A DNA stretch of 63,994 nucleotides, counting the filler, from Bigelowiella natans CCMP2755 (Eukaryota > Protista > Cercozoa), in assembly GCA_000320545.1 (NCBI GenBank). It is 6 parts of 6 records of this genome, joined end to end, with 100 filler letters (N's around TTAATTAATTAA, not from the genome) between each part and the next. Parts side by side here need not be neighbours in the genome. Positions count along the whole stretch, not along the records: positions 18,994 to 44,331 come from ADNK01000996.1; 5 more parts are not named here. One strand, given 5' to 3'. The translations under genes and the position numbers were made by a program. Of the stretch, positions 29,281 through 40,339 are shown one piece after another (position 1 is the stretch's first letter; each line of letters starts with the position of its first letter). A model generated the notes under the pieces. It was not told where the DNA came from. It ran no database searches and saw only the letters and a program-made list of their open reading frames with translations.

Positions 29281-30489
29281 GCATATTGCATCATGTGCAA
29301 CAAGGAAGATAGGGCGAAACGAACTTAGTGACAGCAGCTGCGAGGAGTAAACAACTTTCGACCCATCGCCAGTGATGGGTGATACAAGATCCAAAGCAAT
29401 GGTGGCGGGCTGCGTGAATCCAATATTTTTTTATCTTATCTGTAGAGTAGGGGCTATGGGAAATCCAAAGGGAAAACCAAACTAGGAAAAGAAGATTCCG
29501 GAGAAAATCAGTCTGCGGCGCGGCGCTTAGTTGCGTGGCGATGTTGCTGTGACCTCGACGACGATGTGTTTGAGTTTCTATTCTACATAAATTATATTTC
29601 AATTATTAGACCGAAATGTAGCTTCGCCGCTGCGTCACAGCTCTGGTGCTTTTGCGCTTGCGACAGAATGTGAGTGGCCGCGTCGTTTCATCAAAATCAA
29701 GTGAGCAAATTTCTATGTATCCATCAATCATTTCATGACAGCCACACTGCGACAAGTGTGCTCTTAGCATTTGATGATTTGTATCGCAATGCAAGGATGA
29801 CGGTGGAATGAAATGCTTTCACGATCTCGCATGCTAGCGTAGCTAGCTAGCATCATGCAATGCAAGCGCAGTTCTATGCTAATGAGCCGCGCATACCGCA
29901 TGCCATGTGCTCTGCTGAAGTTCGCAAGCAAGATTGTTTACACTAAAAGTAGCGTTATGTTAATTACACAGTAGGCGCACAGTCCACAAATCATAGCACG
30001 GTCCACCTCGCGCTACTATGCGCCGAGGAAATGCCAATCCACGACACATGCAGCAGAAGCTAGTTTTCATATATACACGTTGTTGGATTGACATGATGGT
30101 GCGATGGGTCCAGCTCGGCATGTCGCTGATCGAATGGTGCAAGCAAGCATGATGTGAACCGAAGGCGCGACAGCCGCCATCGTGATATGACAACACACAC
30201 ACACACACACACACACACACGAAATTCATGTGAAAAAAGCAAATGTTGGCATGCTACAATCATGTAGGCTGAAACCATGTGTGTGCATAGAGAGTTGATT
30301 AGTCAGGTCTCTCTGTCTTGCTAGTTCTCAGTACCATGCATGCTCCAGTGTGCACAGTACCGTAGCGAGTAGAAACTCATTAAATGTACACAGCTCCTCT
30401 ACAGTTATGGTGTGCAGATAATGATCGTATTGCCGAGCTAGCCGATAACCGCATCTAATGATGCAGACCATCATAGATGTCGCAGAGCA

Positions 30490-31548
30490 CTATGAAGGCG
30501 ATTTAAACACGCTTTCCAGGTGAGCAAGCCTGGCACATCCCAATTCAGAGAGCTGGGAGGCGTCCTCTGCCGACGTGAACCTACATACACGCCATGTTGT
30601 ATCAATCGACGCTATATCATTATCGTCATCATGATCGTCACCATCATCATCATCATTGACACGTTCGATCTTCCGCAGGACCAAGCAAAAACTATGATCA
30701 CCATTCAGCGTCTATTTTAGCGCCTTCTTCGAGAACAACGACCCCGTCGTCGCCATCATCGTTAACAGTCTTCTTTTCGGTTGTGCCTTCCTTGTCTTGT
30801 TTGCTCTCTATGCTTTCTCCCTGTGAGGATCCCACCCCCCTGAGAGCCTCTAGCCCCGCCTATTTATTTGCGTAGCAGCAATGTGAAGGGCCGCCAGTAT
30901 ATCATTCGGTTGGGAAATGACAAGCCGAAGTTTGTCCAAAAACGTTATATCGAGGGACAAAATATGAGGGTAGAGGAGTAGAATAGGATAGAGTAAAGGA
31001 GTTTGAGGGAGTTGAAAATCAAGCAGTGTGCTACATACTTGAATAGGTGAAACTTCGTCTGGAGCCATTTCCATCCTCGATCTCCCTGCTGTCGCTTCTT
31101 GCCAGGCGAAAGGGGGGAGCGTCGCTGATCCCCTTCCTTCTGAGTACGCAGTCTCGCACTCATCGAGCCTTTTTTGTATGAATTCGAAAACTTGCTTTGT
31201 GGCATCGTGGCCTTTTCGCTCAGCATTCCCTTCACTCGCGATTCTGGTTGGTCTTATCTCTACGCTTCGACCATCGTCCAAGCTCACCTCAACAATGGAA
31301 CATTTGTCGGCGCTGGATGACGGGCCTCCTGCTCCGGCTTTGCTTTTCAGTATCACGGCACTGACTTCGCTATACTCTATAGACCGGTGGGCGATTGCCT
31401 GAGAATCGACCCATAGTTTCAAAAAATAACGATGCTGTTCTAGCGGAGGGAAATTGTTCATATATCTACTCTTTGGTCGGTCGCTTTCCAATGAATCCTT
31501 CCGGATGTAGACGAGAAGGGGCCTAGGGTTAGAGTTCCCTCCACCCAC
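30490..31548 (-). CDS. Hypothetical protein (at least two exons)
   Basis: 232-aa ORF 30850-31548 plus a downstream coding-like segment ending …LAHLESVFKSPS* at 30490; no family recognised. Confidence 0.4.
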
Positions 31549-32089
31549 TCATCATCTTTCCCCACCTAGTTACGCACATTGTGGGTATGACAATGATGGT
31601 GAGAGGGCGGTGGCCAGATGACTCCATCATTGTTCAAAATTCAATTCAAGAAACTGTCAAAACATTGGATGTGTGAAGCATCGCGAATCCACTTACCTCT
31701 TTCTTCAGCTTGTCATCCTTCCACAGAGCAGAACACATGAGACTGCAATCGGGGGAGGCAATTCCTCTTTGCGTGCACCTCTGTCCCTCCTCCTTGACAG
31801 ACATTTTATAAAGGGTTGTTTCCGCTCATTGGTTGCAAAAAGACACATGGATACGTCATCGAATCGCCACTGCCTCCCTCTTTCTCTCTCCTTCTCCCCC
31901 TCACCCCATCTCTCTTTCCATCTGCCTTCAACTAGATCCTGACAACACATCCTCTCCCATTCCCAATCCCACGCCTTCCACCTTCCCTCGCGCCGCAAGG
32001 ACTGCCCGGGATCGCTGCTCCGGCTGACCCGAACGATCGGCCATGGTCTCTGTCGCGAAGTCGAACCAGCTTGATTCGTGATTCTGCGA

Positions 32090-33302
32090 CTTGGAACTTC
32101 TGCTCGTTTGAAACCTGCAAACGGAAGAAGCCAAAATCCGATCAGAGTTGATCTTTGGAATGCTCTCGTGCGCCCCACTCTTGAACATGGCATGGGTCTA
32201 ATTTGTCCCATTCTGCCTCAATGTCTCAAAAACCTGCTACAGAGAGTCCAGACTCAGTTCCTCAGAGAGACTCTTCGTGCCCATGGCCAACCACTGTGCT
32301 TCCTGTTGTCTGAGTGTGGCCAGGAAGACTTGCAGGCCCGTTGGGACAAGTCTCTCATGGCCTCCTGAGCAGGATGCGTCAGCAACCTGATGAATCCATG
32401 ACAAAGGATCTTCCACACCTGTCCCTGGCTCAGGCTGATGCTCTGTGCTCAAGTTGGGGTCGCAACGTCAGGTCTGTTCTTCACCGTGTCACTGGCTGTG
32501 ACCAATCTGCCTGTGGCTTGGACCTGTTGATCAACTTGGACCAATCCCATCCGAAACTGGTTGATGTTGACCTCAATCGCAGAGTCAGGGCTCACCTGTC
32601 CGCCAATGGCAACCTGTGTCGCAGCTTTCACTCGTCCGTCAAACCCGATGCCCCAATCTGCAGATCCAGAGCCTGGGCGAGGAGCCACATTGGAAGGCCA
32701 GCGTCCAGATTGTTTGAGTGCCATCTTGATGATTGGCATGACAATTCAGGTGTGTTGCTCAAACTTCAGCTCCGTGCTGAGACTCACGAAACTGAGGAGC
32801 ACAGGGCTGAAGTTCACAATTTGCCCCCCTCTTTCTCGGTGTGTCCTCTTTGCAATGCTGAAGTTGTTCAGTTCAAAGTGTCAACCACCTCATCCATCAT
32901 TGCACTCACTTGAATGCAGAGAGATGCAAGCTTCTCTCGCACTTGAGATCAGTTCTGGGTTCAGCTTCTTCCCTCCACTCTTCATTCTTTGACGCTCCAG
33001 ACTCCTCCAAAACCAAAATTCTGCTGGGGGCCCCCTCAGACGATCCAATCGTAGATCGTCGTGTGGACATGGCCTTCAGGAAGTTCTTGCTCAGAGTGGA
33101 CGTCTTGCGCCGTCAGAACTTTGCCACTGGTGTCATTGCTTCTCAATGACCAAGTCATGCCATTTTGACAATCTGGCCAGTTGATCTGCCAGTCACAGTC
33201 CTCACTGAAATCAGTTCGAGGCACTGCACTTTGCACACTGCAAGTGTCTTGCCACACTTTGGAAGTGCAGTTTTTCATCATTGTTTCATTGTTTCATTGT
33301 TT
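32090..33302 (+). mobile_element. 5'-truncated, frameshifted non-LTR retrotransposon (LINE): post-RT region, CCHC knuckle, 3' UTR and simple-repeat tail
   Basis: LWNALVRPTLEHG (cf. LVRPxLEYG of LINE ORF2); CPLCNAEV…SVNHLIHHC across a frameshift; ORF ends at 33149; tail (TTTCATTG)n. Confidence 0.85.
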
Positions 33303-34790
33303 CAGTTGATTTGCTAGTCACAGTCCTCACTGAAGCTAGTTCGAGGCAGATTTGATCAACGCTTTGTTCATTGTGCGTTTCGCACACTGCAAGTGTCTTG
33401 TTGCATTTTGGAAGTGTGGTCACGAGTGTTGTTGAGGCTCTGCTGCGTGCAAATGCCTGTCTCCCATGTGGTTCTGGCGCATGCAGTTTTGATCAACGCT
33501 TTCTTCATTGTTCATTGTTCATTGTTCTTCATCATTGTTCATTGTTCATTGTTCATTGTTCATTGTTCATTGTTCTGAGGTTTTTGGTTTCATTTGAGGG
33601 TTTTCAAATCCATTCAGTCCTCACTGAAACCAGTTCGAGGCACTGTCATCATTGGCAGATGGGCCCACACCGACCAGAGTCTTGCTCGGCGCCCCCTCGG
33701 TTGTCCCTGACGTTGATCTCCATGTTGACGTGGCTGTCAGGAAGTTCCTGGTCAGGATGGATGCTTTGCGTCTCATTCGTGTCATTTGGCTGCGCTAGTT
33801 GTGTGAATCAGCTGTCTTCTTCAACGCTGTTTTCATCGCTGAAGTGTGACACAAGAATCCCAACACATCGTGCTTGGAGTGAATCTCAGACAGGGAAACC
33901 CACATCCTGTCATCATGAATCGATCTCATTTGGACGCATGGTCACATGACAGGACTGGAGTCATGTTGAAACTCCTTGCCCGCTTTGACTCACCGTGCTG
34001 GTCGGGATCATGTGGGTGTGGTTTCAGTGGAAGAATCTCGCTCGATCACATTTTCTTCGAATGTCCAAGCGTCACAGTTGCTCGGTCAAATGGAGAGGCC
34101 AGGCTGTTCAACACATTCCAATCACATGCTGGCATGGTCATCAAGTGAACCCTTTCAATTGGGAAGCTCATTCAGCAGCTGATCCTCATCTGAAGCTTCA
34201 AGTGCATGCATCTGGGTGAACGTTCTGGTGATCCAATTCTCGATGAGAAAATCGACATTGTTGCAAGACCATTTCTGAGAGCTGTCCTCCCAACTCTTTC
34301 AGATTGAGATCATTTTCCAAACAGTGCAGTCACAATGACCTTCTTGGCTGAGCCCTCGCTGTGGCAGCTTGAGGCACCCAACCTTTGTGCAGTTCATGCC
34401 AGTCATTTGTGCACATTGAATGTTGGTGACATCAAAAAGTCATTGCATTGTGTTGTGTTGCATTGTGATGCATCCAATGTTCAGTTCGTGCCAAATTGCA
34501 TGAACCCCGCTAGCTTGCTAGTCAGTCCTCACTGAAGCCAGTTCGAGGCACTGCGTTTCGCACATTGCAAGTGTCTTGTCACACTTTGGAAATGCAGTTT
34601 TTCATCATTGTTCTCATTGTTCTCAGTGACGGGTTTGTGTTGTGGCCAGAACACCAATCTCAGATCACTGCTGGTTTCACCAGTTGGACCTCGCTGAAGC
34701 TAGTTCGAGGCACTGCGTTTCGCACACTGCAAGTGTCTTGCAACTTTTTGGAAACGCAGATCATCATCATTGTTTCATTGTTTCGTTGTG
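33303..34790 (+). mobile_element. Tandem pile of additional short LINE 3' fragments from related subfamilies
   Basis: 33680: LLGAPSVVPDVDLHVDVAVRKFLVRMD, paralogous to 33020 LLGAPSDDPIVDRRVDMAFRKFLLRVD. 33925: HLDAWSHDRTGVMLKLLAR…CGCG…SLDHIFFECP, paralogous to HLDDWHDNSGVLLKLQLR. The UTR motif CTCACTGAA..AGTTCGAGGCA recurs at ~33200, 33325, 33618, 34527 and 34690. Confidence 0.8.
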
Positions 34791-35515
34791 CTTCAAGTGA
34801 AAACGAGGCATTGCACTCAAACCAGCAAAAACTCTGTCCTTGATTCACAGAACTTTGTTTTTTTATGAAACGCCGTGACCCAGTGTAGCCAGCTAGAATC
34901 GCATTGAAAGTGCACGCGCGCGTCCTGGCATGGCTGTGGGTGTCCCACACTGCAGGTACGCCAGCACGCTCCACTGCCATGGCACGCAGCAGCTTGCAGA
35001 CCACACCCCACACTTGATTTCCCTGCTGTCGGCGGTGGCAAGAACGCAGAAAATGCGCAACATGCATGAAAATTTGCCTGCTGACGATCTGCTGTTTGAC
35101 TGTCCAAGCATGATGAACAAAGGAGCATGGACCTTGCTAGCTTGCATCGTGATCAAGGCGGTGCACGTGTCATCTGTGCATGTGCACCACGTGTTCTGAG
35201 TTGTGCACTGCTGGCTGAGTCCATCGATCATCGTCAGAGACACGTGTGCATGTTGACATTCCATGGCCTAATTGACAGGGCTGCACAGCGCACGCACGTG
35301 CGAACGTATGTGGTTCTGCACACGTCTTGTTCTTTGCCACTATACCACATGTGACCTGTTGCACATGAATTTTGCTCACACGTGCACTAAAAACCACACG
35401 TATCTTGGAGAACACATGTGCTTTCAACCCGGTGCGCTCTGCAGCCTGACAGGGCTATGCAACATGTGTGCTTTGTGGATGGGGCACGTGACAAGACAAC
35501 TCGCAGAGTGCAGCA

Positions 35516-38500
35516 TCATGTTGGGTTTGCCTCTCCACCATTCATTCCAATTGCCTGCCTTGACCGAATGGCCCTAATTGCAGCAAATATTTCTGCATTC
35601 GAGCCGAGGGTCTCCTTTTTGCATGTCCTAAAGATTGCTGTGGTGTCCTGGCTGTGAGCCAAAAGCTCTTCTACTCGATTGAATAGTCTTTTAGACCCCT
35701 TGAATTCCCCCAAATTGTTCCTTTGCGTAACAGAGCTCTGCTTCTCATGCTTCCGTTCCTTGATTTGAACCTCCTCTCGGGTGATGCCTGCGAAACACAG
35801 CAAGTTGTTCACACGAGCTGCGTCGTACGTGCTAGTGCCTTCATCGTACACGAACTCAACCATAGTGTCTTCTTGGATTGGTTTTCCAGCCTTGGCTTTT
35901 TCACGCTTGTATTCCCTAAAGAGCACCTCAAGCACTGATCTGAATCCCATCAAGCCAGGATTGTCCGTATTTTCCTGCATTAACACTGCAATGGCTTTGC
36001 TGCAGAAGAAATCTACCGTAAAAAAATGAGCCAGCCTTTCCATGTATTTAGCCCAGGCTTTCCCTCGCTTTGTCACCCCAGGCTTCACTAGCGAATTAGC
36101 AAATGCCTTCGGAGTGCCACAGTGCCCATGAAAGCTGTTCTGCTGTGCAACGCCCATGTCTTCCCTTCTCAGCCGCTTCACAGCTGCAATACCCTCGAAA
36201 CGTCGCCCGAAATTCTCCAGCTTTGAAAACTCTTCCCACATCAGGTTACTGCCTCCTTTGTTGGTGTCCCAATGGGCAGCAAATCCCATAATACAAGTGT
36301 CGCTGAGGTATGGGATGAGCGGCAGCTGCATTCCAATGGCTGACATTGTACCTGCGAGGTACCAGTTGAAGCCGTGAACATCATAATGGTCTCGCTGCCC
36401 CGTATCGCCCCTCGCATTGTAGTACGCCCGCACCGGCTCTTCGAACGCACTTTTGTAGGCAAGATGCTTGTGCAAATCGATATATTCCTCAAAAATCTCA
36501 CGACATCGCTGCCGAGCTCTCTTAGGGGAAAGAGGTGCTTGACTATCTAGTTTGGCTTCGGAACACGCGGCCTTGCCGTGAGCCTGGATGATCTTGTACG
36601 CATGCTTGATGACCATGTCAAAGGCCAAGCGTTTCGCCGATGCACACCGTCGGGAGCGGTCTGTGAATTCCCCAAGCTTTGCAACGATTGAATCGGGTGT
36701 CGCAAAGAGGGCCCAATACTTGAGCGCGAGCGCAAAATATACCTTCCTCCATCGTAGCCAAAGAAACATCCCCTTCAACTGCTCGAGGAGATTTGCGCCA
36801 GTCATTAGACATTTCTGTCTCGACGCCTGTTTCTCGTCCGACAACCTAAATCCCCGCATGATGAGCTTTTGGCAAGAATTCACAAAGAACGAGCGGTTCT
36901 CAAGCGCCTTTCTTAGGTCGGGGTCCCCTTCGAAATCCCGGGCGAGATAGTCCAGTATTGCCACTGTTTTCGTGTGAGACACCCATTCCGCCCTGAGGCA
37001 TATCATCGAGGTTGCCTTCACGTATGAGGGATGCACGCTCTTCTCATCTCTTTCCTTTGCCCAATGAGCTCGCATCTCCTCTGACTTTTGTCTGTGCAAC
37101 TGAGTAATAAACCCTCCTCCCGCATTCTGCTCCATCGCTGAGCTTCCTACCGCCAAGGGCGCGGCACTACTTGCGGTCCTCTGGCAGACGTTTCGAATGC
37201 GCACCTCAATATCACTCCAATCTACGCCCTTCCGCCGCCTTTTTTGATCTTCTGTATCATCCCCGTATAGTTGGCACTTGAAGCCGTGACTTCCTCGCGT
37301 CGACTGCCAGACAAGACGAGAGAAACGCGCTCTCACAGGTGTGGAGGGATTCCATGAGGAAGTGTTCCGGAGCTTTTGTGCAATCTGTAGCCATTTGCTC
37401 CCATCCGACGAGACCAGGATCTCAAATCCCGATGGACTGCCATATACCCGGACCTATTGAATAGTGTTATCGTTAGTGACTCGCAGCATCTTAGGATCAA
37501 ATACTGCCGAGATCGTAGTTACCCCTCGAATTGTCACGTCCTTTCCGTAATCTGTCCTAATATCCAACTGTTTAAAACAGCATCCAGTCAGCCCCCCCCC
37601 TACATTTCCTTCGCTCTCCCCCATCCCCTCCAAGACGAACGAAAGCTCTTCTGGTGCTTTGCCCCAGCCGGTTAGATGAGGATGATTGCATCTACACCCT
37701 ATAGGGCAACAACCAACTCATCAGTGAATATAACTACATTTTAGTAAGCAGAAACTATTTTTCTCTTCTTTAAGAAAATCAATTCCGCTCGAGGCAGGTT
37801 TTGTGTGAGAGTATAACAAAAAGGTGACTTGTTCCGAAACCTGCAGCGAGGGCCTGCATCTTTCCTATTAGCGGTACAATTCCAGACAGCAACCCTGGCC
37901 TCAGCGGAACACCACTCAGAGGTCCAGATAGAAGCTGTTTATGTTTCGCGCGTTTTTGTTTCTGATCGGGTGTGTCGAGGCCAAATAGTTGACAGTGGAA
38001 TCCCGTGGACCCATTTGTGTTTTCCCACACCAACCGCGAGAAACGCGCCGGGATCGGCGAACTAGCCCAGGAGCTGATTGGTTTGCTCATAATGTTAGCA
38101 ATTTTGACCCATTTTTTGCCATTTTGGCTCACAAGCACTGAAAATGGCTTCGTGGCGAAGTCGGTTTTCACTCCGGTGATCTTCACCTCTCGTCCATAGT
38201 CAGTCTCAACATCGAGAATCCTATAGCAACAACCAGTTAACCCACTCGTTTGGCAGTCTCCATCGATCGTTACAAATGAGAGTGCTTTTGGATGCTTGCC
38301 CCAGCCAGTTTTATGGTGGTGACGGCACAGACAGGCTTGTCGAAGAGCCCTCATGTTTCCAAGAAGGAAAACGTTATCCTTCTCAATTGTGCTGCCCAGT
38401 TTAACGTTTTCCAACGGCCCTCTTCCCCCTGGTTGCGTTTCCCTGCGAAGATCTCGCTGTGCTTTGGTATCATTACCAAGAAATTGGCAGTGAAAACCAT

Positions 38501-39082
38501 GGTGGCCGCGAGTTTCTTTCCAGCTCATTCGCCAGTATCTAATGTACATTGAGAACACACGTTAAAGCTTTGGAGAGCACTGGCACTAGTATTTCTACGA
38601 ATGCTACTTGCCCCACCATTTGAAAAGAGAAAGGGTTCGCAAGTATACCTTGCGGTAGAGGTCATGCTGAATTCCCTCGAGCTGTTGACGTGAGAAGCCA
38701 CAACTGTCCACTTTGAACTATCGTTGGAACAAAGCACTTGGAACTCTTTGTTCGAGTCCGTTTTCACACCAGTGACGGTCACTGCCTCTCCAAAGTCTGT
38801 CAAAACGTCCAGAGCCTTATAACAACACCCTGTCAACCCCGGAGGTCCACTGTCGAAGTTAAGATTCGAAGGAGGACGTCCCCATCCGGTAGGGTGTTTG
38901 TGGGGACAACGGCAGGCTCGCGCATGGACACACTTCATGCGCCTACCCACGAGGAGAACCGGAGTTGTAGCAGGATTTTGTGTTTTGAGGAGAACCGAAG
39001 TTGTGGCAGGATTTTGTGTTTTGCCGCCATTTTTCCCTGCCAGCTCGGGGTGAGAGGCAGCTGAACAGCAAGCACCCCCCAT
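35516..39082 (-). CDS. Protein with N-terminal acylation motif, three Cys/His-led discoidin (F5/8 type C)-like repeats and a large unknown C-terminal domain
   Basis: Starts MGGACCS. The repeat unit C.C.H.H.TGWG..P…GCCY…TDFG..V.VTGVK…F.VL.S.D..KW…ARF.RL.W..T.G..GF.CQ..G.DT occurs three times, followed by an uninterrupted exon of ~600 codons. Confidence 0.7.
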
Positions 39083-39221
39083 CCGCTGCTGTAGATCTAG
39101 ATTTCACGAACGATCCAGAGGAATGGTACTTGGGGCGGGTTACAACCGGGTGGATGCTGAAAGCTACAATCGCTAAAATTTAGCGCCTAATTGTTCCGTG
39201 CGACAATTGAAAACTGTTTTA

Positions 39222-39557
39222 AACCAATGGATTTTCCCCTTGCAAATCCGAACGCAGCCAATTCCATGATTGTCTTCGTCTTCGTCTTTGTCACAATGGC
39301 CAGTGGGCAAATCGATCCCACGTGCTTCAACGCACGTCGTCTCCACGTGCAATTGGGATGCGTGGGGGCTCTGGTTCATCGCAAGTGACCTGCAGCGCGC
39401 AACATCCAAAGCGAGTGCAAGGTTTGACTGGTTGGGTGATTGAATTGTGTTTAGTCAGTGCAACGAACAAATTGCCAGATTGGTGCAAACGATGCACGGC
39501 GTTCCCATCTGTTGATTCTGTCGTGAGACAACCGTCGATCATCGGCTTTGGATCAGG

Positions 39558-39603
<46 letters not shown>

Positions 39604-40300
39604 ACACCCATGAGTGGAGGGGAGTCCTCAAAAATGAAAGTCTCCATGAGGTTTCTGGCGCGAATCTCACGCGGTGCTTCACCTGCCAGCATGCACCACA
39701 CCAGCACACATGCACAACATCACACACCGTTGATCATCTTTTTGGAGGGGGGGGTGGCGCTCGGTTTGTTCGCGCCATGCAGAGCCGAGCAATGCTCATC
39801 ATTGCCACACGCAGGGGCACTGCTGGTGCGGTTGCACGCGCGTGCTAGCTAGCTAGCGTGGAACGTTCCAAAGTGCACCCAACACACGCGCCACCGACCA
39901 CACTAGCACACGATACTAGGATGGCGAGAGGCAGTGCAGCCTATTTATTTCCCTACTAGCCATGCCCAGATGCAGGAAGCACAAGCATGCTAGCATGGCA
40001 CATCATCGCACACAATCTGATGACCCTTTCGCGTGCGCAAACGCCTGAATCTCAGTTTCGATTCATGCAAACCACCCAGAAAGCACCAATGAGTGATGTG
40101 AAACAAATGTAGTGGTGGTTCTGCAGCAAGCAGCCACTGTTTTGATTATTTTGGCATGTCGATTTAACATCTTCACATTGGCGCAGAAACACTGACAAAA
40201 TGAGCAGATGCATGCATATTCACACATTGTCCTCTGCCGCTGCTGCCATTTTGCTGTCTCAATTTTTAGCGAAATTGTGTACTTTGTTGTAGTCCTCGTG
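39222..40300. other. TpA-depleted domain with decayed gene-like sequence
   Basis: Hand count: 4 TA in 39222-39900, 3 of them in GCTAGCTAGCTAGC. Confidence 0.8.
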
Positions 40301-40339
40301 GTGGTGTTCGGTCCTTTACCATGTGATCTTTAATACTTA

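Noticed and set aside
33500-33575. (TTCATTG)n and the recurring CTCACTGAA..AGTTCGAGGCA motif as a possible CRISPR-like array
   Set aside because: Irregular spacing, no unique fixed-length spacers, eukaryotic context; explained as LINE 3' ends.
33371-35577. Many overlapping Cys/His-rich ORFs on both strands (also 13431-15500)
   Set aside because: By-product of TA loss, which removes TAA/TAG stops and Tyr codons; not treated as genes.
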